Source: Amoebophrya sp. A120 (lineage: Eukaryota > Protista > Dinoflagellata). From it: DNA of 64,000 bases. The stretch is from positions 1,795,216 through 1,859,215 of the forward strand of contig CAJINV010000002.1 of the NCBI GenBank assembly GCA_905178155.1, given 5' to 3'. A program made the position numbers and the translations under genes. This document shows, one piece after another, positions 50,501 to 60,694 of this stretch (positions within the stretch are counted from its first letter, which is position 1; the number at the start of each line of letters is the position of its first letter). The notes under the pieces are model-generated. The model made no database searches and was not told where the DNA came from. It saw only the letters and a program-made list of their open reading frames with translations.

Positions 50501-52122
50501 TTTTACTATCCTTACTTCCCGTCATCCGTATCTTTTCTCCCTGGGAGACAATCGAGGGCCGGTTGTCGAAACTTTGCACCGCACCAAGTTGTCTCCGGTT
50601 GTCTTTGGTATTCTTCATCTCGTTCGAGATCATTTTCTCCTTATGTCTGTTTCCGAACGATATCAAATGTAAAAATGTCTGGGTCTGGAACATTCTAAAC
50701 TTGTGATGCTGTCTCTGGATTCTGAAAAAATTTGTATTGCATGACCAGCAAGAGGACTCCAGTTTTTGCTACGCGGAAAAGTCATTTCTCATGCTGTAGA
50801 GGCATCACAAAGCGCTCTAAAAATCTGTGATGCTACGGCATGCATCACAGACATCATGGGTCATGGAAAATATGCATGACAAATCTAGAAATCTTCCAGA
50901 CCCAGACATTTTTACATTTGATAAACGACATAACCGGCTTTTTCACTTCGATACTGGATCCGAGTGCTGAGGGGCGCAGCACCGGCGCTTATCAAGAAGA
51001 AAAAACGTCCCCACGCCGTAGTCAAGGAAGTTGGTAAATCTGCAACACAAATCTCCAGGCTTTGCGAGTTGTGCATGACAAGTTTCCATCTGCAGAGTAG
51101 TGGTGGTTAGCAAGGGAAGCTGCATGAGAAAGCCATTCTCTCATCCACATGCTGTTTACAGTACTTACTTATGACAAATGCCAAAACAACACGATTGGGA
51201 ATGCCTCTCATGGGGATGCGCATTACAAGTGTTCCTGTCATTGCGCATTTGCATGACAACTCTGGGCTGGGGACGTTTTTCCTCACAATAGCGCTTCGCC
51301 GTCTGTCAAAGTGACGCGGATTCTGCTCGTGTCAAAATCCGCTCCCTCATCCCGCGCCCCCTCAATCAGCCCGGCGCACACCCTCTGACAGCTCTTTTCG
51401 CACATGATCGCGCAAAACCCGCCCACCCCGTCCTTGCCGTGGTCGGTGCCAATCAGGTTGAGCAGTAGAAGGGGATTGGCTTGGGGAAGGAGTAAAGCCA
51501 CGGCTTTGGATTCCCCGAAACAGCACCCTACGTTCACCGGCACTTCGGGCTCGACGTGGAGGATGTCCTTCAAAGAAATCACCGTGCAATCCGTGTAATT
51601 ATTGTCCGTCACGTAGAAATTTTCGATCCCCAAGCCGTACGCGGTTAGGTTGCACCTTTTCAAATCCTCACTTTTCCGGTAGCAGTTGCACCAGATCACG
51701 GAAACCATACTTGCGACGAAAAAAACGATGATGCTGATCATCATGACCAGGTTGCCCATCTTGTAAAATGCCACGTCTTCGTCCGTTATAATCGGGTCGT
51801 TGTTTGCTTCTCTCTGCGCCGTTGTGGGACAGTCTTCCGGCGGTTCCATTTCCCACTTCTCCTTGCACAGCACGCTGTAATCCGGCCGTAGCGGGTACTC
51901 TAGCACGCAAAACAGGGTTAACAAGACGCCGTGGATGACAACAACGAACGCGGCCCAGAAAAACTGGCAGAACTGCGTGCTCTTTGTGACGGCGTCCTTG
52001 GCGTCCGGGCCCACGCGCCAAACGGCAACGATGGCGTCGCCGTGGTCCTGGGCGTGCTCCTGCATGTGCCATTCGTCGATGGCGTCGGCACCGGAAAAAA
52101 GCTGCACCCCCGACTTTGGCAT
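47600..52122 (-). CDS. Two-TM membrane protein with Met/Pro/Gly-rich tail (paralog 1), 8 introner introns
   Basis: MPKSGVQLFSGADAIDEWHMQEH..IVAVWRVG, two hydrophobic segments and LTAYGLGIENFY. The tail is reconstructed in frame to GGYNYGATQ...GLFSLFF*. Confidence 0.78.
47660..47993. mobile_element. Introner family A (strongly diverged)
   Basis: TATGCATT.CAAAT ends; TSD TCGGA. Confidence 0.7.
48058..48204. mobile_element. Introner family E
   Basis: TSD CGCGT. Confidence 0.88.
48254..48584. mobile_element. Introner family C
   Basis: TSD CCTTT/CCTTG. Confidence 0.85.
48865..49138. mobile_element. Introner family A
   Basis: TSD TGCTC. Confidence 0.85.
49217..49478. mobile_element. Introner family A
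   Basis: TSD TCAGC/TCAGA. Confidence 0.9.
49628..50212. mobile_element. Introner family B carrying a nested 287-bp insertion
   Basis: TSD TGCCA; insert 49668-49954 flanked by the 18-bp repeat ACCCCATAGTTGTCATGC. Confidence 0.85.
50661..50923. mobile_element. Introner family A
   Basis: TSD AACGA. Confidence 0.9.
50990..51290. mobile_element. Introner family B
   Basis: TSD GCGCT. Confidence 0.85.
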
Positions 52123-52877
52123 ACTGCAGAACTGAGTACCGCTTTTTTGTACTTATTCAAGGTGGACTACCGCTTTATTCTTTCTAGGAATCTAGGAGTA
52201 GCACGTCGCCCGACCCCGGGGCTTGTTGTTCATCTCCCGTCGCGCCATGAAATTTCTGTCGTGAAAGAGGAACTACACCGTGCATAGGAGCATTAAATCC
52301 AAAGTATGCGAACGCTAATTTCAATACAAAACAAATTCAAAACGAATTCAAAATGTCAGGGGTTCGTAGTGTGTACACGACCGAGATGCACAACACCACA
52401 TCCCTGACAAAAAACATTCCCAACCCGTTCTACGCCACAGAAGCACCCACCTGTGGATGGTCGTCCAATACTCTTGCGACTCAGAGCGAGGGCAGCAACG
52501 AGATACCTGCAGGCTCCTCGGGGCACGCGCCTTTGATGCCCAATTCCTGAAGCCCCATGGAGTACAGCCAGAGGCCCCGCTTACGTTGAAACACCGGGAA
52601 AAATGGCCCGCGCCAAAGTGGCGCGCGGCTGCGTCTACACAGACGCTGCAAAGAGCGCGGATTCGCCTCGCGTCGCGGGCGGCCTTCTTGCCGGCTGGAA
52701 GCGCAAGCATGGCCGACAGGCGTGGGCCCCACACGGCCCTGCCTATCTGGAGACCCAAACACGCAAACGCTGTCTATGCCGCTACCAGATAGGGAGTGGG
52801 GTCATGGCGCGAGTCTTATGTCGCCAAGGCTGCCAAGCTTGGCGGCCATATTCGCAAGAAAACTCAGTACACAGGCG

Positions 52878-53120
52878 CATTTCAAAACATGATTCAAAAT
52901 CTAGCACAATTTCAAAACGTCTTTCAACTTTCTCGGCAATTTCAAAACGTATTTCAAATTTCCCGGCAATTTCAAAACGTCATTCAAATCTTTTTTCAAT
53001 TTCAAAACGAAATTCAAAACTCGGTTCAAAATCCGTTCAAAATGCGTTCAAACCAATAGCCTCATCGGTGGACGCATTTTAAAAGGATTTTGAACGATTT
53101 TTGAACTTCTTTTGAAATCG
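52878..53120. repeat. Phased TTCAAAA tandem array with a terminal hairpin
   Basis: Units of about 30 bp containing AATTTCAAAACG; 53014-53049 is inverted at 53070-53105. Confidence 0.8.
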
Positions 53121-53284
53121 AAAAAAAAACGCTCTTTACTGGAGGCTGGCTCCCGAAGTTCCAAGTACATGACGAATACCAAAGATGAAATTTCTGTCGT
53201 GAAAGATGAACTACACCGTGCATAGGAGCGATCACGCAGGAGTAGAGGAACTACACCAATACCAGAGCGATCACGCAGAGTGCC

Positions 53285-53552
53285 CAATTTCAAAAGGAAA
53301 TTGGCGGGCCTAGGCAATTTCAAAAAGAAATTGGCGACCTGAACGGAATTCAAAAAGAAATTGGCGGGGTTGATGGAATTCAAAAAGAAATTGGCGGCCC
53401 CGAGACAATTCAAAAAGAAATTGGCGGATCTGGGCAATTTCAAAAAAAAGTTGGGAATAAGTTGGAGACAAGTTCAAAATTAGTTGGGTCAGGGATTCTT
53501 AGTATGGGAAACAGAAAAAAGTTGGCTTCCAACTTATTTCCAACTTTTTTTT
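53285..53552. repeat. 30-bp tandem array (AATTCAAAAAGAAATTGGCG + variable 10 nt) followed by a hairpin
   Basis: About 5.5 units; AAAAAAGTTGGGAATAAGTTGGA inverted at about 53528-53552. Confidence 0.8.
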
Positions 53553-56067
53553 GAATCTGGCGAAGGGAGATTCCTCAAGACCTGGACCCTCTTGAGTTGG
53601 CGTGCTTTACTGCATGCCCCTTCAAGTACGAAATCCCCCATCCGAAGCGCTGTCGAGAAGCCTTTCGGTGTGAAGGTCGACCCTAACAATGCCCCGCAAG
53701 CTATACCCCAACACCCTGAAAGGAAGAGGGGCAGGAAGCGATCACGAATGAAAGCCTTTACACAAAAAGCGCCCCAACAGCTGGCTTAAAACATGGCCCC
53801 AAGGTACCGACAACAATAACACGAAACAGAAGGGATTCCACAGTCTTTGTCCCTAGCGCAGAGGTACTAGAGGAGCCCGAGCTGCGAGCCTGGGTCCTGG
53901 GCATGCGTGGGGGCGATTCGCTGCAAGGCACGGCAGGTGCACAAAACAACACACGAATCCGGGGAACATCATATCCAACCACATACCCGAAACAGACACC
54001 CACTCCCGCAACTGAGTGCGCATTTACCAATCCGCCCTGCCCAATGTCGATTGCACTAGGCCGCTAGACACAGGACGACACTTAAACCCCAAAAAAAGAA
54101 GCCGCACATCCGAAAAAATAAACCCAAGCCCCGCTCAATTTCACGGAAAAATGAAAAGTGCGTCTTTTTGAATTCCTTTTGAAATCATTTTGAATTGTTT
54201 TTAGCATAAGGCGCTTTGGAGTTAAATGAAATTTCTGTCGTGAAAGATGAACTACACCGTGCATAGGAGCAGAGATAGAAGTTGAAATATGTGAGGAACG
54301 AGATTTTTACTGAAATAAATCATGCTTGTCGAAACTGAGACAACCAGCGGGATCCGCTGCGTGATGTCACATGTGGAGCATATATTAGAAGAACGGGATC
54401 CGTTCTAATGAAGGTTCTTCATGCTACGTTTTTACCAAAACGTTATACAACATCGTTCTTGTTCTTGGGCCTTGTATTTATACGTAGCTCCTGTGTCGCG
54501 AACGCGATGAATGAAAACAAAAATGAGTTGCAAGAATGGCATTATCGGGAGATTGATGTTGTTGAGCCATCGCATACCAGTTGTAGTTCCTCAAGGTAGC
54601 ACTAGCAGTTGTACACGACACGACACGGCAAATAAGCCGAAAGCAAATAAGCACGGAAGCAGGATGCACGAACAGACAAGTTTTTTTTCTCGGCTGCAAA
54701 GCAATAACCGACACAGGAAATTCGAGGTGGACCACATATGGAATTGCACGACAAAGAGATCAGATCAGATCAGAGGTGTCGGCGCACGTGGCGCAGCCGT
54801 TGGAGCCGTTGGAGTGGGGCGTACTCGGGGCTGTAAGAGCTCCGGCGAGTGCTTTCATGAGCTAAGCTTGACCACGCTTACTGCTATAGTAGAGGCGGCT
54901 AACTATGAGGCGCAGCCACGCGAGCCGGGCTCAACGCAGCAGTCAGGCAATCCTAACCACCACGTCGGCCATAAAACAGTATATGGCTTGTAGTTTCACG
55001 GCACAACAATTCTCTTAACTTTCCGAACGAATTATGACGACTGAGTTTTCCATTTGCACGGGAGCAGACGAACAATAACTAAAGGGAACGAAAAGGCAGT
55101 GGAACCACCGATAGTACCTGACGCCCAGGAAGGACCGACGGACGACTACAGCGAAATTTATTTGTGATACGAGGCAGGAGTTCAAGTTCTGACGAGAAAC
55201 AAACCTTGCGTGCTTTTCTTCAACTACAGCAAGAGCAAATGGTCGGCAGAGTCTGTCATCCGCGTACCTGGCACCTGACACTGACTCTGTATGGTAAAAC
55301 TTCGGCTCATACTGAAATTCAAATTACGATTGCATTTTGATTCATCACACCTTTGCAGTTTTTCTTCCTGTGTTTCCTTTCGCTGCGGCGGCTCATTTAG
55401 CACATTCTTGCTGCTTGATGTTTCCTACGATGTGCTGAAAAAAAGTGCAACCATAAAATTGTAAACAAAACTACCCAGGGATTGGGACGGGATCTACTTA
55501 GTGTTAGTTCGTTCTCTAATAATTCTAATTCTTTCTACAATACCGGAGCGGGATCCGCTCTTTCTCTTGTATGGTGGGGAAAAATACTAGTGCGGCAGAT
55601 TCTTTTTTTTTCCGAGAGTCTGCGTTTTATCTTACGGGCCTTTGGTCTTCAGGTGAAATCATGTGAAATCCTGGTTTGATGCTCGAGGAGCAAATTTTGT
55701 AAAATAGGATGAAAATTTTTATGGAAACTGTAATTTAAAATCAAGTAAACTCTTTGAACTGACTTGCAAATTGAAAAACAAAATAATTAACTGTATTCTT
55801 TTTTTGACTACATCTTCACAGCTGGAACTCTACATCAACTCATCTGGATATGAAGAAACAACAAATTGTTATGCAATTAGGAAAAAAACTACTCTATGAC
55901 TTGTTTTGCGAAAAAATCTCATCAAAAATCATGTGAAAAACCTGTACTTACGCGGCAGTACAGTACTCGATAAAAATGCTTCGCTTTTATTTTATACCCC
56001 GTTCACCATCTACTTGTCGAAATCGGCTCTTCTTGCTCTTCACAACACCGCGGCGCGATACTGCTTA

Positions 56068-59000
56068 TCAAAAGCCGAAAAACGAGAAAATGGATGGCTC
56101 TTCTCCTGGCGGCTTTTTCGGGTCCCTGCCGCCTAGTGTGATGTGGGTATAATCGGAACCGTCTGTTTCCCCGGACTCCATGTCCTCGACCATTGATTCA
56201 TCCTCCCCCGCTGCAGCGGACATGACGCTCATCGCCGCACCTAGACTCCCGGAAAAAGTTTTCCGCTCCGCCTTCTCGGGGTTTATTTTCCCCGCGGAGG
56301 CCGTCTTCGTCTTTTTCGTACCGCCGGACTTTTTCGTGGTAGCTTTTTTCGTCGTTCCTGCTTTCACCGACGATTTCGGTGCTTCGTTCGCAGCTCCTCC
56401 GGGCAGCGCGGCTGCGGCTCCTTTTCCTTTTCCCTTTGTCTCCAAAGACGCGAGAAAAGAGGGGCGTTGCCGGACTGCGGTGTCAACGGCCGGAGGGCTC
56501 GAGACGGCGGCTGCGGGGGTTATCAAATGCAAATATGTCTGGGTCTGGAAGGACCCGAACTTGTGATGCGAGCAGTTGTGGACTAGACAAAGATCTGTGT
56601 TGCATGACTGGCACTAGGTGCTCACTTCTGGTCACGCTGAGAGGGTATCTCTCTTGCAGAATAGGCATCACGAAGGGGCAGCAGAACCTGTGATGCTAGG
56701 CTCCGCATTCCAGACTTGAGCGAGCTTGGCAAAACTGCATGACAAATCTCGGAGTCTCCCAGACCCAGACACATTTGCAATGCATAGGGGTGGAACTAGG
56801 ACCCCCACCGAACGCCGGCGGGTTGGAGGAGGCCCCCTTAAGGGCCTGCGCGGATGTGGCGGGGGCTTGCGATACGGGTGAGGTACTTGCCTTATGGAAG
56901 TGTTAGGTTCGAAATCGACAAAGTTGAAATAATTTGCCATGCATAAAATGGAGGCCAGTTGAAGCCCAGTTTCCAAGTGGGCATGACAAATTTGGGTACA
57001 ATCTAAATCCAGTTTGTCATGCTGCTCGGGTAAGGACGACGCCTTTTGTCATGCTCCTTGAGCAGCTCTATTTCTACCCCTCAACAGGCTTACAATCTGC
57101 CTCTCTTGCGACCTCTGCAATACAGAAAGATTCTGCGTTGCATTTTATGCATGACAAACTCAAACTATTTCAACTTTGACGATTTCGATCCTGACACATC
57201 CATATGCTTTCGGCTGCTCCGTGTATTTGCTACCGTCGATCCGTAGTTTCGGACTGTCATCCACCGCCGGCGCACTTGTAGTTCCGGTGGCGCCGTAGTT
57301 GGTCGGGGCGTGCCCCACTAACGCGGCTATCGGGTCTGGCGGTTCGTCACGCTGATTTTTTGCGGGGAGATTGGGATTGCGTTCGCTTACCTGCTGACTG
57401 GCGCGCAAGAATTGACTCACGTTCCCGGCTATCAAGTGCAAATATGTCTGGGTCTGGAAGGCTGCCAGACTTGTAATGCTTCGCTGACAGGAGAGAAAGC
57501 TCTGTCATGCATGTCGCGCTACCACGCCTTTTTTTTGTATATGCAAATATTGCTTTTGCTCATGAAGACATGCAGTTTACGCGAGATCTAGCCGCTCAGA
57601 AACTTGTCATGCGCGTCCCCATATTGGAGGTTGCTTGGTGATTCGCAAACTAGCATCACAACTTTCGAGACCCAGACATTTTTGCATTCGATACCAGCCT
57701 GAGCGTTGATTAAGGAAATTCTGGAAATTATCAAAAGGAAAAATCCCCCCTCCCCATATTGAAAAGGTGTGTTGCCGAAAATTTGCGTTGCTGATTTGAG
57801 GTCACAAATCGTCTCTGTGTTGCATGAAGGCAACTCCAAAAGCTCCGCCGCTTTCTACAGGCGTTTTGACATGCTGTTTTAGCTACAGCGTAGACGTCTT
57901 TCATGCTACGCGCCTAGGCCAAAACCTGTCTACTCAGGCTTAGTATGGGCCTGCAGTCCTCGCTAGCAGCACAAATTTGATTTGTGTACGCAAGTCCGGC
58001 ATCAGAAACTTCGTTTTGATATGGGGAGGGGGGATTTTTCATTCTGATAGAAATGTCGAAGTCCCCGCCCTCGTCCTTCGCCCCCTGGATGAGTTGCAGG
58101 CAGAGTTTCTGGCTCTTCTTGTCGCAGTGGACTGGACACAGGTGGAAGAAGCCTCGTCTCAAGCTTTTGTCCGCAATTTGAGAGGATTGTGGGACGAAGA
58201 GACAGACCGCGGTGGTATTCCCTCCGCACCCGAGACTCACATCGGAAAGCGCCACGTGATTCACCTCCGAGAGGCTCGCGGCTTGCAAAGTTTCGTACTG
58301 GTTTTTCGTCACGTAGAAGAACTTCAGCCCTAACGCATACACCGTGTGCTCATAGGTGGCGGTCTCGCTTTTCCCACACTCGCAGATGCAGAAAATCGCG
58401 ATAAGTAAGGAGATCAGCAACAACCCGCCCGCGCCGGCCCACACGGCGAGAATCCCCCTTCGGTAAAACTGGTGATAGGGTGGGTTGGTGAACCAGTCCG
58501 CAATCTGCTGCTCGGTCATTGCAGCTTTTTTCTCCTCTGTTATCTCCTGCTCCTGAATCTTTGCCAAGTGCTCCTGCTTCAGCGCTTCCGTTTTGGACTG
58601 CACGAACAGCGTGCCGCCGAACCCCGCGCCGACGCATAACCCAAGGAGAACGATGACCCAGATGATGACCAGACAGCGGCTCTTCTTCTTCCGCGCTTGT
58701 TCTACCTGCTCCCCGACGCGCCAGATGGCCACGAGGTTGTCGTCGTGGTTTCGCGCGTGTTTATCAAATGCAAATATGTCTGGAGGGTCTGGAACACGAG
58801 TGTACACTTGTCATGCAAGGTTTCCATGACCCATGAGGTCTGGAATGTGGGACCTAGCATGACAGACTCTGTGGGGGGTCTGTTATGCCTCCCCTGCATG
58901 AGAGACTGACTCCCTCCGATTTTGGTCGAAAGTGGACAGATTTTGGCACTCATGCAACACAGTTTTCTAGCATGATTCGGATTTAGCATGACAAGTCGCA

Positions 59001-59099
59001 ATCTTCCAGACACAGACATATTTGCAATCCATAGTGTTCCTGCATGTGCCATTCGTCGTTGGCGTCCGCGCCGGAAAACAGCTGGACGCCGACTGGCAT
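56068..59099 (-). CDS. Two-TM membrane protein (paralog 2), 5 introner introns
   Basis: MPVGVQLFSGADANDEWHMQEH|ARNHDDNLVAIWRVG...HTVYALGLKFFY...LIQGAKDEGGDFDIS|...PTNYGATG...SIFSFFGF*. Confidence 0.8.
56521..56786. mobile_element. Introner family A
   Basis: TSD GGGGT. Confidence 0.88.
56893..57204. mobile_element. Introner, singleton TIR type (TATGGA.GTGT.AGG.TCGAAATCG.CAAAGTTGAAATA.TTTG)
   Basis: TIR of about 44 bp; TSD TGCCT/TGCTT. Confidence 0.85.
57430..57693. mobile_element. Introner family A
   Basis: TSD CCGGC/CCAGC. Confidence 0.85.
57729..58049. mobile_element. Introner family C
   Basis: TSD GAAAT. Confidence 0.88.
58762..59033. mobile_element. Introner family A
   Basis: TSD GTGTT. 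Confidence 0.88.
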
Positions 59100-60694
59100 G
59101 GCGATGGTTTTCGGTAGTGGTGTGGAAGCTGTAGTGTTATACTGATGTTCTAGTTTGTTTTTTACGTAAAGTACTTCTCCTCGAGCTTCTAGACTGGGCT
59201 CCAGTCTATTTGCGTCACAACGTCGCCGGGAAACTCACATTGTACTTGTACTTTTAACGGGGGGACCACGCGGCAGCTTTTGCGCGCTGCGTGGCTTAGT
59301 CGAGTTTTTAGTTTTGTTGTTAACATAGTTGTTTTTTTCGAAAATGCAAATCAAGTGTAGTGTATAGATCTTTCAACATATACATAACAATGGCTATTTC
59401 TACTCTTCATCCAATTGGGTTCCAATATGGAAGTAGCCTGTTGGTGTTAATTTTGTCCATAGCACGGGTGGAGGTCGTGAAAAGCGATAAACATGTGATG
59501 TTTGCACGAGAAGGAGGATGACGGAAACAAGTGAACAAAGTGTATGTACGACGGGACGCTAGAAGTACGCTGTAGCACGACACCGAGATGATGATGGGGT
59601 TGTACGAATACGAACTAAGCGTAAGCCGGACAAAACCGAACAACCGAAGCAAGCATGTCTACTATCGCGAAACATCAGGCACGGCTGGGAATACTACATG
59701 AAGCCACGAAGAAAATCCTTCTTCGTACCGACTTCTCATTTGGCATCGTAACTAATGGTTAAACCGAAGAATCAAAACTCGCTTTGGTTTCGCCGATACG
59801 GCCTGACGCGACACAGGTAAGCACAGTACTGCAAGGTCGTGGACGAAGTTCAAAATTCTGCAGAAGGAAAGTGTTCCACCGAGATCACATCCGAAATTTA
59901 CGTATCTTCATCTTGGGCAGAGAGACGATAGGGATGCCGAAAAATAAGCAAAACCTGCTGGCCGATCACATGAGTTGCTGGAGAACTGTGATGAAAAGCA
60001 GTTACGGCTTTATTTCTTGCACGTGCGCTGCTATTCTGTTTCTGGATGGTCCCGTCTATGCAGGCTTTTGCACTGTACCTCAGGGAGCGGAAGACTCGAT
60101 TTTTCTTTTTGGGATGATAAAGCGAAAGTGCACGATTAATTATGTCTGAAAGTATGTAAAAGCTAAAAACTGTGAAATAAGATCAAAAAACAAAGACTGA
60201 CATAGAATGCTTAATTTTGATTCTCTATGTGAAACTGTCGACGCACCATGAGGCACGACGACATAATGCGGGGTGGGTGCTGAATGTGAAAGTTAAACCA
60301 CGTCTTTGAGTTTTTCTCTGCGAAGCGGGTTACGCCTTATTTTTGTGGTTCTCTAAATCTGTGAGGGTGAGTGCTATCGTGACTGTAGTGTTCACACAAG
60401 GTGCTGTAAATAGGAATTTTCGTTTTTGGTGATACTGTCGTCCTCTGAATAGAAAAATTACTAAAAATAAGTAGGTAGTAGAAAAAATTATTCTTCAGGA
60501 TGTGCGATGTGCCGATCCATCCTACGGTGTGGGTTCGTTCTTTCGTGTTTTGCTTCTTGACTGCCACAAGCAGAGGAATAACTACAGCCTCTTCTTCTCA
60601 CGCCTGGTCCTGCTCCAAGAAGTGAACAACCGGCTTCCATCTCAGACAAATCGAAAAACGATTGAATGATCTTATGACCCCGCCCACTAAAAAA

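Larger units (their letters stand above)
52293..54225. mobile_element. TTAA-bounded foldback element flanked by 46-bp direct repeats
   Basis: Imperfect TIR of about 60 bp, TTAAATCCAAAG.. / ..CTTTGGAGTTAA; the 46-mer occurs at 52247-52292, 54226-54271 and internally at 53185-53229. Confidence 0.7.

Noticed and set aside
53285-53450. CRISPR-like constant repeat plus variable spacer
   Set aside because: Spacers are only about 10 nt and the context is eukaryotic; it is better described as a minisatellite inside a TIR element.
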